Origin: an uncultured Actinomycetes bacterium
GTDB taxonomy: Bacteria > Actinomycetota > Thermoleophilia > Gaiellales > Gaiellaceae
Assembly: GCA_963775155.1 (NCBI GenBank)
Contig: CAVZHU010000014.1
Coordinates: 50,297 to 114,296 of the forward strand
DNA: 64,000 nucleotides
Reading direction: 5' to 3'
This document shows, piece by piece, positions 9,371 through 19,431 of this stretch. Below the pieces are notes generated by a model that made no database searches, was not told the origin of the DNA, and was given only the letters and a program-made list of their open reading frames with translations. The first letter of the stretch is position 1, and the number at the start of each line of letters is the position of its first letter. The translations under genes were made by a program, and so were the position numbers.

Positions 9371-12046
9371 GTGAGGCGCGCGAGACGCTTGCTGCTGGTC
9401 GCAGTGCTGCTGGCAGCCTCGGCGTCGGCGGCCGCAGCCGGAGGGACGAGCGCCGAGGCGCCGATCAAGGGGAACGTCCCGGCGGCCGTGGCCGGCCGGA
9501 CGCCGATCGGTCCGCACGATCCGACGAGCGTCATCCGTCTCAACGTGGGTCTGCAGGTCCGGAACTCTCAGCAGCTCGATCGGGTGATCAGGGCCGCAAG
9601 CACTCCGGGGATGGTGGGCAGCTACCTGACCCGGGCGGAGTACACGCAGGAGTACGCACCGCTCGACTCGAGTGCTGCGGCACTCCGCTCCTGGCTCGCA
9701 GCCCGGGGCTTGCACGTGATCGGGACCGCGCAGAACAACCTCTACGTCAAGGTGACCGGCACGACGGCGGCGATCGACAGCGCGTTCAACGTGACGATCG
9801 GCAACTACCGGGCGTCGAGCGGTCGGGTGTTCTACTCGAACGACCGGGCTCCGACGGTGCCCGGGAACCTGTCGATCAGCTGGATAACGGGGCTGGACGA
9901 CTACGGCGTGATCAAGACCACGCTCCGCCTGGGATCCCGAGCGCTGCACATCGCGGGCGCCCGCTCCAAGAACCAGGGGCGCAGCACCGACCCAGCGCCG
10001 CTCCAGGTCTACAACTGCACCGGCAGCACCCCCTACACGTGCTTCTACCCGTCCGACTTCAGGACCGCGTACAACGTTCCCTCCGGCTGGAACGCGAGCG
10101 GGGTGACGATCGGGATGACGCTCTGGGGCAAGCCGCCGAACACCTCCGGGACGACGACGTTCCAGACCGATCTGAACACGTTCGCCTCGAATTCCGGGTC
10201 GACGGCGCTGACCATCGGCGGGTCGGGCGACGACCATGTCGAGTTCATCCCGGTCGACGGCTCCAGCTCGATCACGGGCTCCGACCCCGAGGTCGCGATG
10301 GACATCGAGGACGGCCACGGGGTCGCGCCCGGTTCCCACATCAAGTACTTCCTCGGCAGCGACAACAGCTTCGCGACGCTGACGGACACCCTGAGCGCGG
10401 CGGCGAACGACTCCTCGATTCACGTCGTCTCGAACAGCTGGGGCTGCGACGGCTGCTCCCTGGATACGAACATCGACGCCGTCCTGCAGTACGCGGCGTC
10501 GGTCGGGACGACCTTCTACTTCTCGAGCGGCGACAACTCCACGATCAGCTACCCCTCCGACTCGCCGTACGTCGTCGCCGTCGGCGGGACGTCCCTGACG
10601 CTCAACGCCGGCTCCACCTACGCGTCCGAGTCGGCGTGGAGCGGCAGCGGCGACGGCTGCACCTCGGCCATCGCCCGGCCGTCCTGGCAGTACGGGGCGA
10701 GCGTGACGGCGCACGCGACCTGCTCCGGCCGGGCGACGCCGGACATCTCCGCTGACGCCGATCCGAACACCGGGGCGTACGTGCAGGTGGACGGCACCGT
10801 GAATCAGTACGGCGGAACGAGCCTGTCGGCGCCCCTGTGGGCCGGCTTCACCGCCGACTGGAACAAGGCTCGTGCGGACGCCGGGCTGCCGACCGTCGGC
10901 TTCGACGCTCCGCTTCTCTACTCGCTCGCAAACAACGCGGTCACGTACGCCGCCGCCTTCCACGACGTCACGACGGGCAGCTCCGGAGGCCACTCGGCGG
11001 CGACCGGTTGGGACGAGGTCACCGGCTGGGGGTCTCCCAATTTCGCCGGTCTCGCGGCGGCCACCTTGACGGGTCTGCTGCGGGTGACGACGTCGCCGGC
11101 GCTGGCGTCGCAGATCCTGATCGACGGCGTGAGCACGGACAGCTGGGGCTTGAACTGGCTGGAGCTCGATCCGGGCACGTACACGCTCAGCTTCACCCAC
11201 GTCGAGGGCTACACCGAGCCGGCGCCGCAGCAGGTCACGATCACGGCCGGACAGACGACAACCGTCACCGGCACCTTCACCCAGCGCGGCGAGCTGCGCG
11301 TGATCACCTCGCCGGCCGTACCGGCGACGATCTCCGTGGACGGGACCCCGATGAACGACTGGGGTCTGTGGACGGACCTGCCGGTCGGCAGCCATCAGGT
11401 CTGCTTCGGGCCCACCCCCGACTTCACTCCGCCCGCCTGCCAGAACATCACGCTCGTCGCGGGTCAGCAGACGACGGTGACCGGCACCTTCACGCCCAGT
11501 GCTGGTGCGCTGGGGGCGAGCGGCAAGGGGTTGTTGCGGGTGACGACGTCGCCGGCGCTGGCGTCGCAGATCCTGATCGACGGCGTGATCGCGGACAGCT
11601 GGGGCTTGAACTGGCTGGAGCTCGATCCGGGCACGTACACGCTCAGCTTCACCCACGTCGAGGGCTACACCGGGCCGGCGCCGCAGCAGGTCACGATCAC
11701 GGCCGGACAGACGACAACCGTCACCGGCACCTTCACCCAGCGCGGCGAGCTGCGCGTGATCACCTCGCCGGCGGTGGCGGCGACGATCTCGGTCGACGGG
11801 ATCCCGATGAACGACTGGGGTCTGTGGACGGACCTGCCGGTCGGCAGCCATCAGGTCTGCTTCGGAACGACGGCCGGCTATCTCGCACCCGCCTGCCAGA
11901 ACGTCACCCTGACCGCCGGCCAGCAGACGAACGTCACCGGCACGTACCAAACGTCGCCGTACAGCGTCTCCACGGCCCTGGGTCTGTCACCGTCCTCCTG
12001 GATCCCGTCGCTCGTACAGCCGGAGAGCTTGCCGCCAGGGCGTTGA
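9371..12046 (+). CDS. secreted S53 (sedolisin/kumamolisin-type) peptidase with four C-terminal PEGA-like domains
   Basis: GAGGAGG RBS then GTG 9371. Signal peptide RRLLLVAVLLAASASAAAAGG. Pro-kumamolisin activation-domain-like N-terminus. Catalytic-serine context YGGTSLSAPLWAGF. Then 4 repeats of about 75 aa of the type RVTTSPA.A.I.IDG...G.H.V.F. Confidence 0.8.
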   Translation: MRRARRLLLVAVLLAASASAAAAGGTSAEAPIKGNVPAAVAGRTPIGPHDPTSVIRLNVGLQVRNSQQLDRVIRAASTPGMVGSYLTRAEYTQEYAPLDSSAAALRSWLAARGLHVIGTAQNNLYVKVTGTTAAIDSAFNVTIGNYRASSGRVFYSNDRAPTVPGNLSISWITGLDDYGVIKTTLRLGSRALHIAGARSKNQGRSTDPAPLQVYNCTGSTPYTCFYPSDFRTAYNVPSGWNASGVTIGMTLWGKPPNTSGTTTFQTDLNTFASNSGSTALTIGGSGDDHVEFIPVDGSSSITGSDPEVAMDIEDGHGVAPGSHIKYFLGSDNSFATLTDTLSAAANDSSIHVVSNSWGCDGCSLDTNIDAVLQYAASVGTTFYFSSGDNSTISYPSDSPYVVAVGGTSLTLNAGSTYASESAWSGSGDGCTSAIARPSWQYGASVTAHATCSGRATPDISADADPNTGAYVQVDGTVNQYGGTSLSAPLWAGFTADWNKARADAGLPTVGFDAPLLYSLANNAVTYAAAFHDVTTGSSGGHSAATGWDEVTGWGSPNFAGLAAATLTGLLRVTTSPALASQILIDGVSTDSWGLNWLELDPGTYTLSFTHVEGYTEPAPQQVTITAGQTTTVTGTFTQRGELRVITSPAVPATISVDGTPMNDWGLWTDLPVGSHQVCFGPTPDFTPPACQNITLVAGQQTTVTGTFTPSAGALGASGKGLLRVTTSPALASQILIDGVIADSWGLNWLELDPGTYTLSFTHVEGYTGPAPQQVTITAGQTTTVTGTFTQRGELRVITSPAVAATISVDGIPMNDWGLWTDLPVGSHQVCFGTTAGYLAPACQNVTLTAGQQTNVTGTYQTSPYSVSTALGLSPSSWIPSLVQPESLPPGR
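11071..11982 (+). repeat. tandem duplication, 2 x 456 bp, inside the S53 gene (two PEGA-like domains per unit)
   Basis: CGGGTGACGACGTCGCCGGCGCTGGCG... at 11081 recurs at 11537. The first 240 nt or so of each unit are almost identical, and the 3' parts are more diverged. Confidence 0.85.
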
Positions 12047-12108
12047 CACGCAACGCCTCCCCCAGGCTGCAGCGGTCGGCCACACGCGCGACCGCCACAT
12101 ACACGGCA

Positions 12109-13356
12109 ATGCCCCGGTCGACCCGCCGGTCGGACTCGGCGGCGTTCACGTCTGACCCAGCCCCGGTGGACACCTCGGTCGTCATCCCCTGCCTGAACGA
12201 AGAGGAGGCGGTCGGGCAGGTCGTCGACATGGCCTTCGAGGGCATCCAGGCGAGCGGACGTCCCGGGGAGGTCATCGTCGTCGACAACGGCTCGGACGAC
12301 GCCTCGGCCGAGATTGCCAGCCGGCACGGCGCACGGGTCGTGCAGGAGCCGAACCGAGGGTACGGCCACGCCTACCTGGCGGGCTTCCGTGCCGCTCGGG
12401 GTCGCTACATCGTCATGGGCGATGCGGACGGGACGTACGACCTCCGCGACCTCGAGAGCTTCCTGAGACCGCTCGCCGAGGGGGCCGACCTCGTCATGGG
12501 CTCACGCCGGCCGAGCACACGCAAGAAGGCGATGCCGTGGAGTCACCGCTGGATCGGCAACCCCGTGATCACCTTCATGGTCAATCGCTTGTTCAAGGTG
12601 AAAGTGTCTGATGCCTACTGCGGGATGCGATCGTTGAAGCGGAGGGCCCTGTCGCAGTTGGCGCTTCAGTCGCCGGGGATGGAGTTCGCACTGGAGATGC
12701 TCTTCAAGGCGGCCCGCAACCATCTGACCGTCGTGGAGACGCAAATCGACTACCACCCACGCGTGGGGGAGTCGAAGCTTCGTTCGGTTCGCGACGGCTG
12801 GCGCAGTGTGAAGTTCATCCTGCTCAGCAGCCCCAGCTACCTGTTCTTCGTACCTGCCGCGATGCTTCTCGTGCCTGGTTGCGTGGGGATGCTCGCTTTT
12901 GCAGCAGGGTCGATTCACGTACTCGGGAGAACGTGGCAGGTGCACACGATGATGTTCTTCTCTGCGCTGGCCCTGCTCGGCGCCCAGACTGCGCAGCTCG
13001 GACTCTTCGCGCGCACGCTTGCGGCGGTCGAGCTGGGAGAACGAGATCCGCTGCTCGAGCGCATCTGGCACCGCGTCTGGCTGAAGCACGGCATTGCCCT
13101 GGGAGCGGCCGGCATCTCGCTGGGCGCGACAATCCTCCTTGTCGTGCTCTTCCGGTGGGCGCGCGGAGGGTTCGGCGAGTTGCATACGGAGTACGCCATC
13201 GTGCTCGGCTTCACTCTTGCCGGTCTCGGCGTCCAAGCGCTCTTCAACTCGTTCTTGATCAGCATCATCGGCCGCAGCGACTACCGGCCCGTGACCGGGG
13301 GCTCACTGCAGGCGGCCGTCGCGCCGGCCTTGAGCGAGACGGTTGGCCAAGATTAG
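12109..13356 (+). CDS. family 2 glycosyltransferase with C-terminal membrane helices (polyprenyl-phosphate sugar synthase-like)
   Basis: VVIPCLNEEEAV, VVDNGSDDASAEIA, MGDADGTYD (DxD). Four hydrophobic helices follow in the C-terminal third. Confidence 0.8.
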   Translation: MPRSTRRSDSAAFTSDPAPVDTSVVIPCLNEEEAVGQVVDMAFEGIQASGRPGEVIVVDNGSDDASAEIASRHGARVVQEPNRGYGHAYLAGFRAARGRYIVMGDADGTYDLRDLESFLRPLAEGADLVMGSRRPSTRKKAMPWSHRWIGNPVITFMVNRLFKVKVSDAYCGMRSLKRRALSQLALQSPGMEFALEMLFKAARNHLTVVETQIDYHPRVGESKLRSVRDGWRSVKFILLSSPSYLFFVPAAMLLVPGCVGMLAFAAGSIHVLGRTWQVHTMMFFSALALLGAQTAQLGLFARTLAAVELGERDPLLERIWHRVWLKHGIALGAAGISLGATILLVVLFRWARGGFGELHTEYAIVLGFTLAGLGVQALFNSFLISIIGRSDYRPVTGGSLQAAVAPALSETVGQD

Positions 13357-14392
13357 GCTGGCATGCATCGGTGCGGGTTGGGCGACCCGCAACCGTCACC
13401 TGCCGGCGCTGCAGCGCGATCCGCGCGCGGAAGTCGTCGCCGTCGTCGACCGACATCTCGAACGTGCGCAGGACGTGGCGCGCAGGTTCGGCATCCCCGT
13501 CGCAGCCGACTCGCTGGCGGGATCGTGGACCAAGCAGATCGACTGCGCGACGATAGGCACTCCGCCGTGGGAACACGCGGTGTGCGTGGAAGCGGCACTC
13601 GACCGGAACTGGCACTGCCTCTGCGAGAAGCCGTTCGTGCTACCCGCGGAGCGTGCAGCCGAGCTCACCACGGTTGCGCATGCAGACGACCTCGTCTTGG
13701 CGGCGGTCCACAACTTCCAGTTCTCCCGCGCCGGGAGGCGCTTCTTCGACCTGGTCGAGTCGGAGGCGCTCGGTTCACTGCACGCGCTCTACGCCTTTCA
13801 GCTCTCGAACCCCGATCGAGGTCTTCTGCCCGCGTGGCACCACGACCTGACGGGCGGGCTCTTTCTCGACGAGGCCTCGCACTTGCTCTATCTCTTGCGA
13901 CGCGTCCTTGGACGTCTGGAGCCCCGCCAGGTGGACGCGAAGGTGGTCGGGACGGAGATTCGCGGCATCAGCGCAACCTTCGAGCACGAGACGATCTGGG
14001 CCACTCTCGCCATGAGCTTCGACGCCTCGGTCTCGGAGTGGACACTCACGGCGATCGGCTCGAAGGCGACGGCCGTCTGGGACATCTTTCGCGACCTGCT
14101 GATCGTCCTCCCGAACGACGGCCGGCACAGAGCCGGGGATGTCCTCGCCACCTCCGGGCGTCTGCTGGCCGGCCACGCCGCAGGCTTCGTTCGGTCGAGT
14201 TTCGAGCTGGCCCGTCACCGTTTGAGCTACGGCAACGGTGAGGTCGTGCAGCGCTTTCTCGATGCCGTCGAGGGGGATCGCGAGCGCCTCCGCGGGATGC
14301 GCGCCGAGGATGGTCACGACGTGGTCACCTGTATCGAGCACTTGCTCGAGCGAAGCGGCCTCCGGCTCGAGCTGCCCGTCAAGGTTCCCTAG
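13343..14392 (+). CDS. Gfo/Idh/MocA family oxidoreductase
   Basis: N-terminal Rossmann IRLACIGAGWATRNRHLPAL. 349-aa intact ORF. 14-nt overlap with the upstream GT2 gene. Confidence 0.8.
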   Translation: MAKIRLACIGAGWATRNRHLPALQRDPRAEVVAVVDRHLERAQDVARRFGIPVAADSLAGSWTKQIDCATIGTPPWEHAVCVEAALDRNWHCLCEKPFVLPAERAAELTTVAHADDLVLAAVHNFQFSRAGRRFFDLVESEALGSLHALYAFQLSNPDRGLLPAWHHDLTGGLFLDEASHLLYLLRRVLGRLEPRQVDAKVVGTEIRGISATFEHETIWATLAMSFDASVSEWTLTAIGSKATAVWDIFRDLLIVLPNDGRHRAGDVLATSGRLLAGHAAGFVRSSFELARHRLSYGNGEVVQRFLDAVEGDRERLRGMRAEDGHDVVTCIEHLLERSGLRLELPVKVP

Positions 14393-14394
14393 GG

Positions 14395-15507
14395 ATGCGG
14401 GTGCTGCTGGCGAGCTCGAACTTTCGTCCGGCCGTCGGCGGCATCGATCGCTTCACCGAGGTGCTCGGTGAGACGCTCGCTGGACGGGGTCACGAGGTGA
14501 CGGTCGTGTGCTGTCGCCGCGACGACGCGCCGCGAAGCGAGACAACCGCAGCGGGAGTCCGGGTGGTGCGCACGCCGGCGAGCTACGTGCTGCACCGTCT
14601 GCGTCGGATTCCGTACCCGATCCCTGAGCCCGTCAGCCTTCTCCGCACACTGAAGCGGCTGGTGGCGACGGCGGACATCCTTCACGTTCAGGACTCGACC
14701 TATCCGCTGACGAGCGCGGCGCTGCTAGTCGCGCATCGGCAACGCAAGCCTTCGATCGTCACGCAACACGTCGCCTTCGTTCCGCAGGGGAGTCGCCTCC
14801 TCGACGCGCTGGAAGGGCTCGCGATCAGGGTCTTCGGACGGGCGGCACGGCATGCGGAAATCGTCGCTGCTCTCACTCCGGAGATCGCCACCTTCGTGAG
14901 GGAGCGCTGGCACGTCGACGACGTCCGCATCGTCCCACCGGGAGTCAAGCTCGAGTCAGGGAGCGAGAATCGAGCCGCCATGCGGGCCTCCCTCGGCCTC
15001 CCCGAAGGGCGGTTTCTCGCCCTTTTCATGGGCAGAGACGTCCCCAAGAAGGGTCTCGAGCACTTCCTGGCGGCACGCGATGCCGCCTACGACCTCGTCG
15101 CGGTCACGGATGGTGACGTGGCTCAGCAAGAGAACGTGTACGGAGTTCCGTTCATGGAGGTGCACCGGTTCCACGACCTGCTGCGCGCCGTCGACGCGTT
15201 CGTTCTCCCCTCGGTGGCGGAGGGTTTCCCGGTCTCGATTCAAGAAGCGCTGACCGCGGGGCTGCCGGTCCTCGCGACCATGAGCCCCGGCTACGAGCGC
15301 TACCTGAGACCCGGTGAGGTCATCCCGATCGAGCGAGACGGCGAGAGCATCCGGCGCGCTCTCAAGAGCATTGCCGCTGACCCGGCGGGGCGCGCAGAGC
15401 TGGCCGAGCGTGCGGCCGCTGCGGCAGAGCGTGAGTTCGGGCGCGAGCGCTTCGGCGCCGCGTACGAGCACTTGTACAACGAGGCTCTCGAGAGGAGCTC
15501 TGCATGA
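14395..15507 (+). CDS. GT4-family (GT-B) glycosyltransferase
   Basis: MRVLLASSNFRPAVGGIDRFTEVL N-terminus and C-terminal ...PSVAEGFPVSIQEALTAGLPVLAT (E-x7-E-like region). Confidence 0.8.
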   Translation: MRVLLASSNFRPAVGGIDRFTEVLGETLAGRGHEVTVVCCRRDDAPRSETTAAGVRVVRTPASYVLHRLRRIPYPIPEPVSLLRTLKRLVATADILHVQDSTYPLTSAALLVAHRQRKPSIVTQHVAFVPQGSRLLDALEGLAIRVFGRAARHAEIVAALTPEIATFVRERWHVDDVRIVPPGVKLESGSENRAAMRASLGLPEGRFLALFMGRDVPKKGLEHFLAARDAAYDLVAVTDGDVAQQENVYGVPFMEVHRFHDLLRAVDAFVLPSVAEGFPVSIQEALTAGLPVLATMSPGYERYLRPGEVIPIERDGESIRRALKSIAADPAGRAELAERAAAAAEREFGRERFGAAYEHLYNEALERSSA

Positions 15508-16004
15508 GAGCTCGGTTGCGGGTTACAACGAGGCTGCTGGCCGCCTCCGGTGTGCTGGGCGCCGCCGTCCTCGCAGTCGCAGCAGGACCGGCGCCGGCAA
15601 AGGGGCCGCCGATCCCCTCTGCCGCGTATCAAGAAGCGCCCGTCCCGGCTCCGGAGAAGCGCGCGGCCGCAATCGTCAACCGGACGCTCCGGCGGGAGGG
15701 GTCGGGCGTGAGGGTGCAGAGCTCCGAGCTGCAATCCGGCGTCACGCTGCAGCAATCGCCGGCAGCGAAGAAGAAGGCCGCGGGCCGGCAGGGTAAGCGC
15801 GCTCACGGAGGGGCACACAAGCAGTCGCAGACCGCGGGTCCGCGCATCTCTGCGAGTGCGGCAGCACCTATCTTCCGGCGAGCTGGTGTCGCACAGGGGG
15901 CGAGCCAGGGCGCGCCGTCCATCTTCGGGGCTGTCGCAGTTGCACTCGGTCTCGTTCTGGCCGCTGCGCTTCTTGGTGTCAGGGAGCGCAGACGACGGGC
16001 GTGA
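15504..16004 (+). CDS. small exported protein with C-terminal TM helix plus Arg cluster (sorting-signal-like tail)
   Basis: Signal peptide LLAASGVLGAAVLAVAAGPAPA. Low-complexity basic middle. Tail IFGAVAVALGLVLAAALLGVRERRRRA. ATGA-type overlap with the GT4 gene. Confidence 0.55.
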   Translation: MRARLRVTTRLLAASGVLGAAVLAVAAGPAPAKGPPIPSAAYQEAPVPAPEKRAAAIVNRTLRREGSGVRVQSSELQSGVTLQQSPAAKKKAAGRQGKRAHGGAHKQSQTAGPRISASAAAPIFRRAGVAQGASQGAPSIFGAVAVALGLVLAAALLGVRERRRRA

Positions 16005-16080
16005 GTGCGCGTACGTCGTCGATCGCTCCCCCCTTGCCGCTCTCGTCCTGCTGGCGATCGAGACCGGCACGGCCTATGGG

Positions 16081-17829
16081 GTGGCGCCACAACCCGCGCT
16101 CGCTGCACTGGCGCTGGTCCTGGCACCGGGACTGGCGATCACGCCGTTTCTTCCCCGAGAGCTCCGCCGAATGCCGGTCTGGCCCGCCGTCGTACCGATT
16201 GCCGGTGTGGCAGCTGCAATCGTCCTCCTCGTCTCGCTCTCCTCGTTCGGGATTCCGCTTTCGCCCGTACCGATCCGCGTGGGTCTGCTCGTGGTCTCGC
16301 TCGGAGGCCTGTGCTGGGCATGGCGGCGCGGCGGTCGCGTCCACCCCGGCGACGCCGGGGAGGCAATCGGCAGCCTGCCAACGCTCCTTCTCGCCGCCGC
16401 TGCGGTCGCTCTCGGCATCGGGTTGCAGGCGCAGGTGCTGGGCGCAAGGCCGCTACCCGGAGAGGACTGGGGCGAGTTCCTTCTCTTTGCCGATCAGATC
16501 AGCCACCACCACTCGCTGCTGATCACAAACCCCTATTGGATGCTGGGTGGTCACACGTTTCCGCAGGATCCGGGCGTTCCGGCGCTCTATGGCTCCTACC
16601 TCTCGCTGAGCGGCGCACACGCATCCTCGCTGCTGTCGGGGATCTGGATCTTTGCGGTGCTCGCGGTGCTCGCGATCTTCGCTGTCGCGACCGTTCTCTG
16701 GGGGCGTGTCGCCGGCGTCGTGGCGGCCTCGCTATTCGCCGTGATTCCCATGAACCTCGACATGCTGAGCTGGCACGGGCTCTCGAACGTCGTCGGTCTG
16801 AGCTTCCTGGCGCTGGCGCTCCTGGCGGGTGCGATGGCGGTCCGTTCCCCCGGGCGTTTGAGCTGGTGTTTCACGCTGGCGCTCTTCCTCAGCTCCCTCC
16901 TCGCCACGCATCGCATCAGCTTCATCGTCGGCGGCCTTACGCTCGGACTGACCTTCGTGCTCGCTGCGCGTGGCCGGCTCGCGGCAGTCGGCCGTCATCT
17001 CCTACTCACGCTGCCGTTTGCCGTTCTCCTCGGCCTTGGCCCCGCAATCGACGCTGCACGCAGAAGCCTTGCGCTCTCGGGCACGCAGAGCTACAGAGTG
17101 TTTCTCCCCACCCGTCTGCACTGGGCGGCGGTGCCGCGCGAGCTCACCTGGCCCGTTCTGGCCGCCGCCGGGCTGGCCGGAGCCATCATCCTCGCGAGGC
17201 AGCACCGTCGCCGGGATGGTGCGACCGTTGCACTCGTCGGTCTACTGCTCTCGATCCTGGTCTTCACGTATGCCTGGGTTCTGCATTTGCCGGCGCAGTA
17301 CAACCGTGCGGCGTACTTTCTCCCGCTCCTGATTGCGCTGACGATCGGTCTGGGCTTCTCGCGTCTCCCGCCCGCGCTGCTCCTGCCGCTACTGGCTGTC
17401 GTGCTCGCGCTCACGACCGTGAAGGGGCTCACCCTTGCGCGCGGCTTCCGCGGCTTCTACGCCGAAGTGGACAGCGCGAGCTTGAAGGGATTGGCGCTGA
17501 CCGCCTCGCTCGCCCGCCCGCAGGATGCCGTCGTCACCGACCAGTGCTGGGGCTTCCTCTCCGCCTGGCTGCTGCAGCGCCCGATTCTCGCCGGTCTGGA
17601 TCCCGCGCTCATCCTCCCGGCCGCCGAGGTCGCACCGGCCCGGCAGGCACGCGAGATTCTGGCGGGCGGCAGGCAGGCGAAGGCCCTGGAGAAGAACGAC
17701 CACATCCGCTTCGCCCTGCTCGATCCGCAGTGCACCTTCCAGAACGGTTCCTACTACCCGATTCCTCGCAGCGGGAGCCTGATATTCGCCAGCACGAGAC
17801 TGATGGTCTTCGAATTGCAGCGCCGATGA
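16081..17829 (+). CDS. large polytopic membrane protein, GT-C-like (ArnT/PMT-like fold suspected)
   Basis: About 12-14 predicted helices followed by a soluble C-terminal domain. Acidic loop motif GEDWGEFLLFADQI lies after the first helices. The start is not resolved (GTG 16081 chosen; the ORF is open from 15856). Confidence 0.6.
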   Translation: MAPQPALAALALVLAPGLAITPFLPRELRRMPVWPAVVPIAGVAAAIVLLVSLSSFGIPLSPVPIRVGLLVVSLGGLCWAWRRGGRVHPGDAGEAIGSLPTLLLAAAAVALGIGLQAQVLGARPLPGEDWGEFLLFADQISHHHSLLITNPYWMLGGHTFPQDPGVPALYGSYLSLSGAHASSLLSGIWIFAVLAVLAIFAVATVLWGRVAGVVAASLFAVIPMNLDMLSWHGLSNVVGLSFLALALLAGAMAVRSPGRLSWCFTLALFLSSLLATHRISFIVGGLTLGLTFVLAARGRLAAVGRHLLLTLPFAVLLGLGPAIDAARRSLALSGTQSYRVFLPTRLHWAAVPRELTWPVLAAAGLAGAIILARQHRRRDGATVALVGLLLSILVFTYAWVLHLPAQYNRAAYFLPLLIALTIGLGFSRLPPALLLPLLAVVLALTTVKGLTLARGFRGFYAEVDSASLKGLALTASLARPQDAVVTDQCWGFLSAWLLQRPILAGLDPALILPAAEVAPARQAREILAGGRQAKALEKNDHIRFALLDPQCTFQNGSYYPIPRSGSLIFASTRLMVFELQRR

Positions 17830-17922
17830 CTCAACGGTCTTCGTCGGTCCAAGCCGTGAGCGAGTCGACCGAGCATCGCTCACGAGCTAACACGGCGGCG
17901 AGCAACCAGACGAGGCGGGACC

Positions 17923-19431
17923 CTACTTCCCCCAGGGGTTGTAGCTGAGCTTCGGGGACGGCCGCGTGAGCGAGAACGGCAGCGAGTTGCCGGAGCCGGA
18001 CGCCACGGCGCGCAGCCAGTCCTTCTTCGCAGCGTTCTCGACCTTGAGCTTGGCGATGAAGATGCCGGAGCGGTTGGCTCGAACGCGCCCGACGGTCGTC
18101 CACTTGCCGTGCTTGCCGTGGCGGCGCTGGATGGTGACGACCTTCTTGTCGCTCGTCGCGTCGCGTCCCCAGATGCTGACCACGTTGCCGCTGAGATACG
18201 CGACGAAGGGGAACCGGAACGAGGTCCGCATCGGCTTGGCCTTTGCACGCGACAGCTGCGGCGAGGAGAAGTAGAGACCGCACTGCCACGGATTCCGGGA
18301 CGGCTGGTCCTGCAGGAGGAACCAGGTCACGAGCGAGACCCCCGAGCGCCACATCTGGTAGAAGGCCTCGGCCGTCCAGCGGGCCTCGAGCTGCAGCGGA
18401 ACGGCGTGCGCGCGCGGCGGGTTCGTGTCCCAGCTGAACTCCGTCACCCAGAACTGGACGGGCTGGGTGGAGACCACGCGGTGGAGCTTGATTCCCGCTT
18501 TCAGCAGCGCGTTCATCCTCGGCAGGTCGCCGAGCGAGACGTCGTTCTTGAGCTTCGCATGGCCGAACGGGCCCTGGAACGTGTACGGGTGGTGCGACCA
18601 GACGTCGAAGTGGACCTTCGCCTTGCAGGTCGAGTGCGGATGGGCTCCCGTCGAGAGGCAGAGCATCTGCCGCATGAAGGTGAGAGGCGCCATCGTGTGG
18701 AACTTCTTCGTCTTGTTCTGGAACGGGTCGAGGTCTCCGGCGACGACGAGGTTCGACGGGTCGACCGCGTGCACCGACGCCGCGACCGCGTTGACCATGG
18801 CGCGATACGTCGCCGGGCTGACCGGGTTCAGGAAGAGGCTGAGGTTCGGCTCGTTCCAGACCTGGAAGACGTGCTCGGCAGACGCTCCGTGGTTCCCGTC
18901 GTAGTGCGTGGCGAGCGCGGTGGCGAACTGTCCCAGCGGCCCGATCTGCGGGTTGACCCCCCCGGCGGCGGTCGCCCACGCAGGCGGGCTGACGATGTCG
19001 AGGTAAGGCGTCAGCCCCGCTGCCTCAGCTGCCGCCACCGTGCCGTCGAGGCCTTGCCACGAGTAGCCCGGAGAGTTCGGGTCGGAGGGATCGAACCCGG
19101 CGGGGACGGTCGCGGGAGCGATGCTCGACCAGTGGACCAGCAGCCGCACGTAGGTGGCGCCCGCGGCCTTGGTGCGTCGGAACGCCTCGTCCTGCTGTGG
19201 GCTCGGCATCAGGACCGGGTCGTCGATCGCCGTCCGCAGCGGGAGCGTGGCAGGAGTGGAGCGGATGCGCTGGTGCCGGGCGTGACGGTCGTGCTGGGCA
19301 CCGGCGGCGGATGCGGCAGCGCTCGCGCCTGCGGCGACGAGGCAGGCGAGCACGAGCAGTGCAGGCAGGTACCGCTTCGACCCCTGCAGCCACCTCATCG
19401 AAGACCCGCTCCTCTGTCGCACCGACGCCAC
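17923..19431 (-). CDS. secreted clan GH-A glycoside hydrolase (GH5/GH39-like)
   Basis: Signal peptide LPALLVLACLVAAGASAAASA and catalytic-acid context VFQVWNEPNL. 502-aa intact ORF. Confidence 0.65.
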   Translation of the reverse strand: MASVRQRSGSSMRWLQGSKRYLPALLVLACLVAAGASAAASAAGAQHDRHARHQRIRSTPATLPLRTAIDDPVLMPSPQQDEAFRRTKAAGATYVRLLVHWSSIAPATVPAGFDPSDPNSPGYSWQGLDGTVAAAEAAGLTPYLDIVSPPAWATAAGGVNPQIGPLGQFATALATHYDGNHGASAEHVFQVWNEPNLSLFLNPVSPATYRAMVNAVAASVHAVDPSNLVVAGDLDPFQNKTKKFHTMAPLTFMRQMLCLSTGAHPHSTCKAKVHFDVWSHHPYTFQGPFGHAKLKNDVSLGDLPRMNALLKAGIKLHRVVSTQPVQFWVTEFSWDTNPPRAHAVPLQLEARWTAEAFYQMWRSGVSLVTWFLLQDQPSRNPWQCGLYFSSPQLSRAKAKPMRTSFRFPFVAYLSGNVVSIWGRDATSDKKVVTIQRRHGKHGKWTTVGRVRANRSGIFIAKLKVENAAKKDWLRAVASGSGNSLPFSLTRPSPKLSYNPWGK

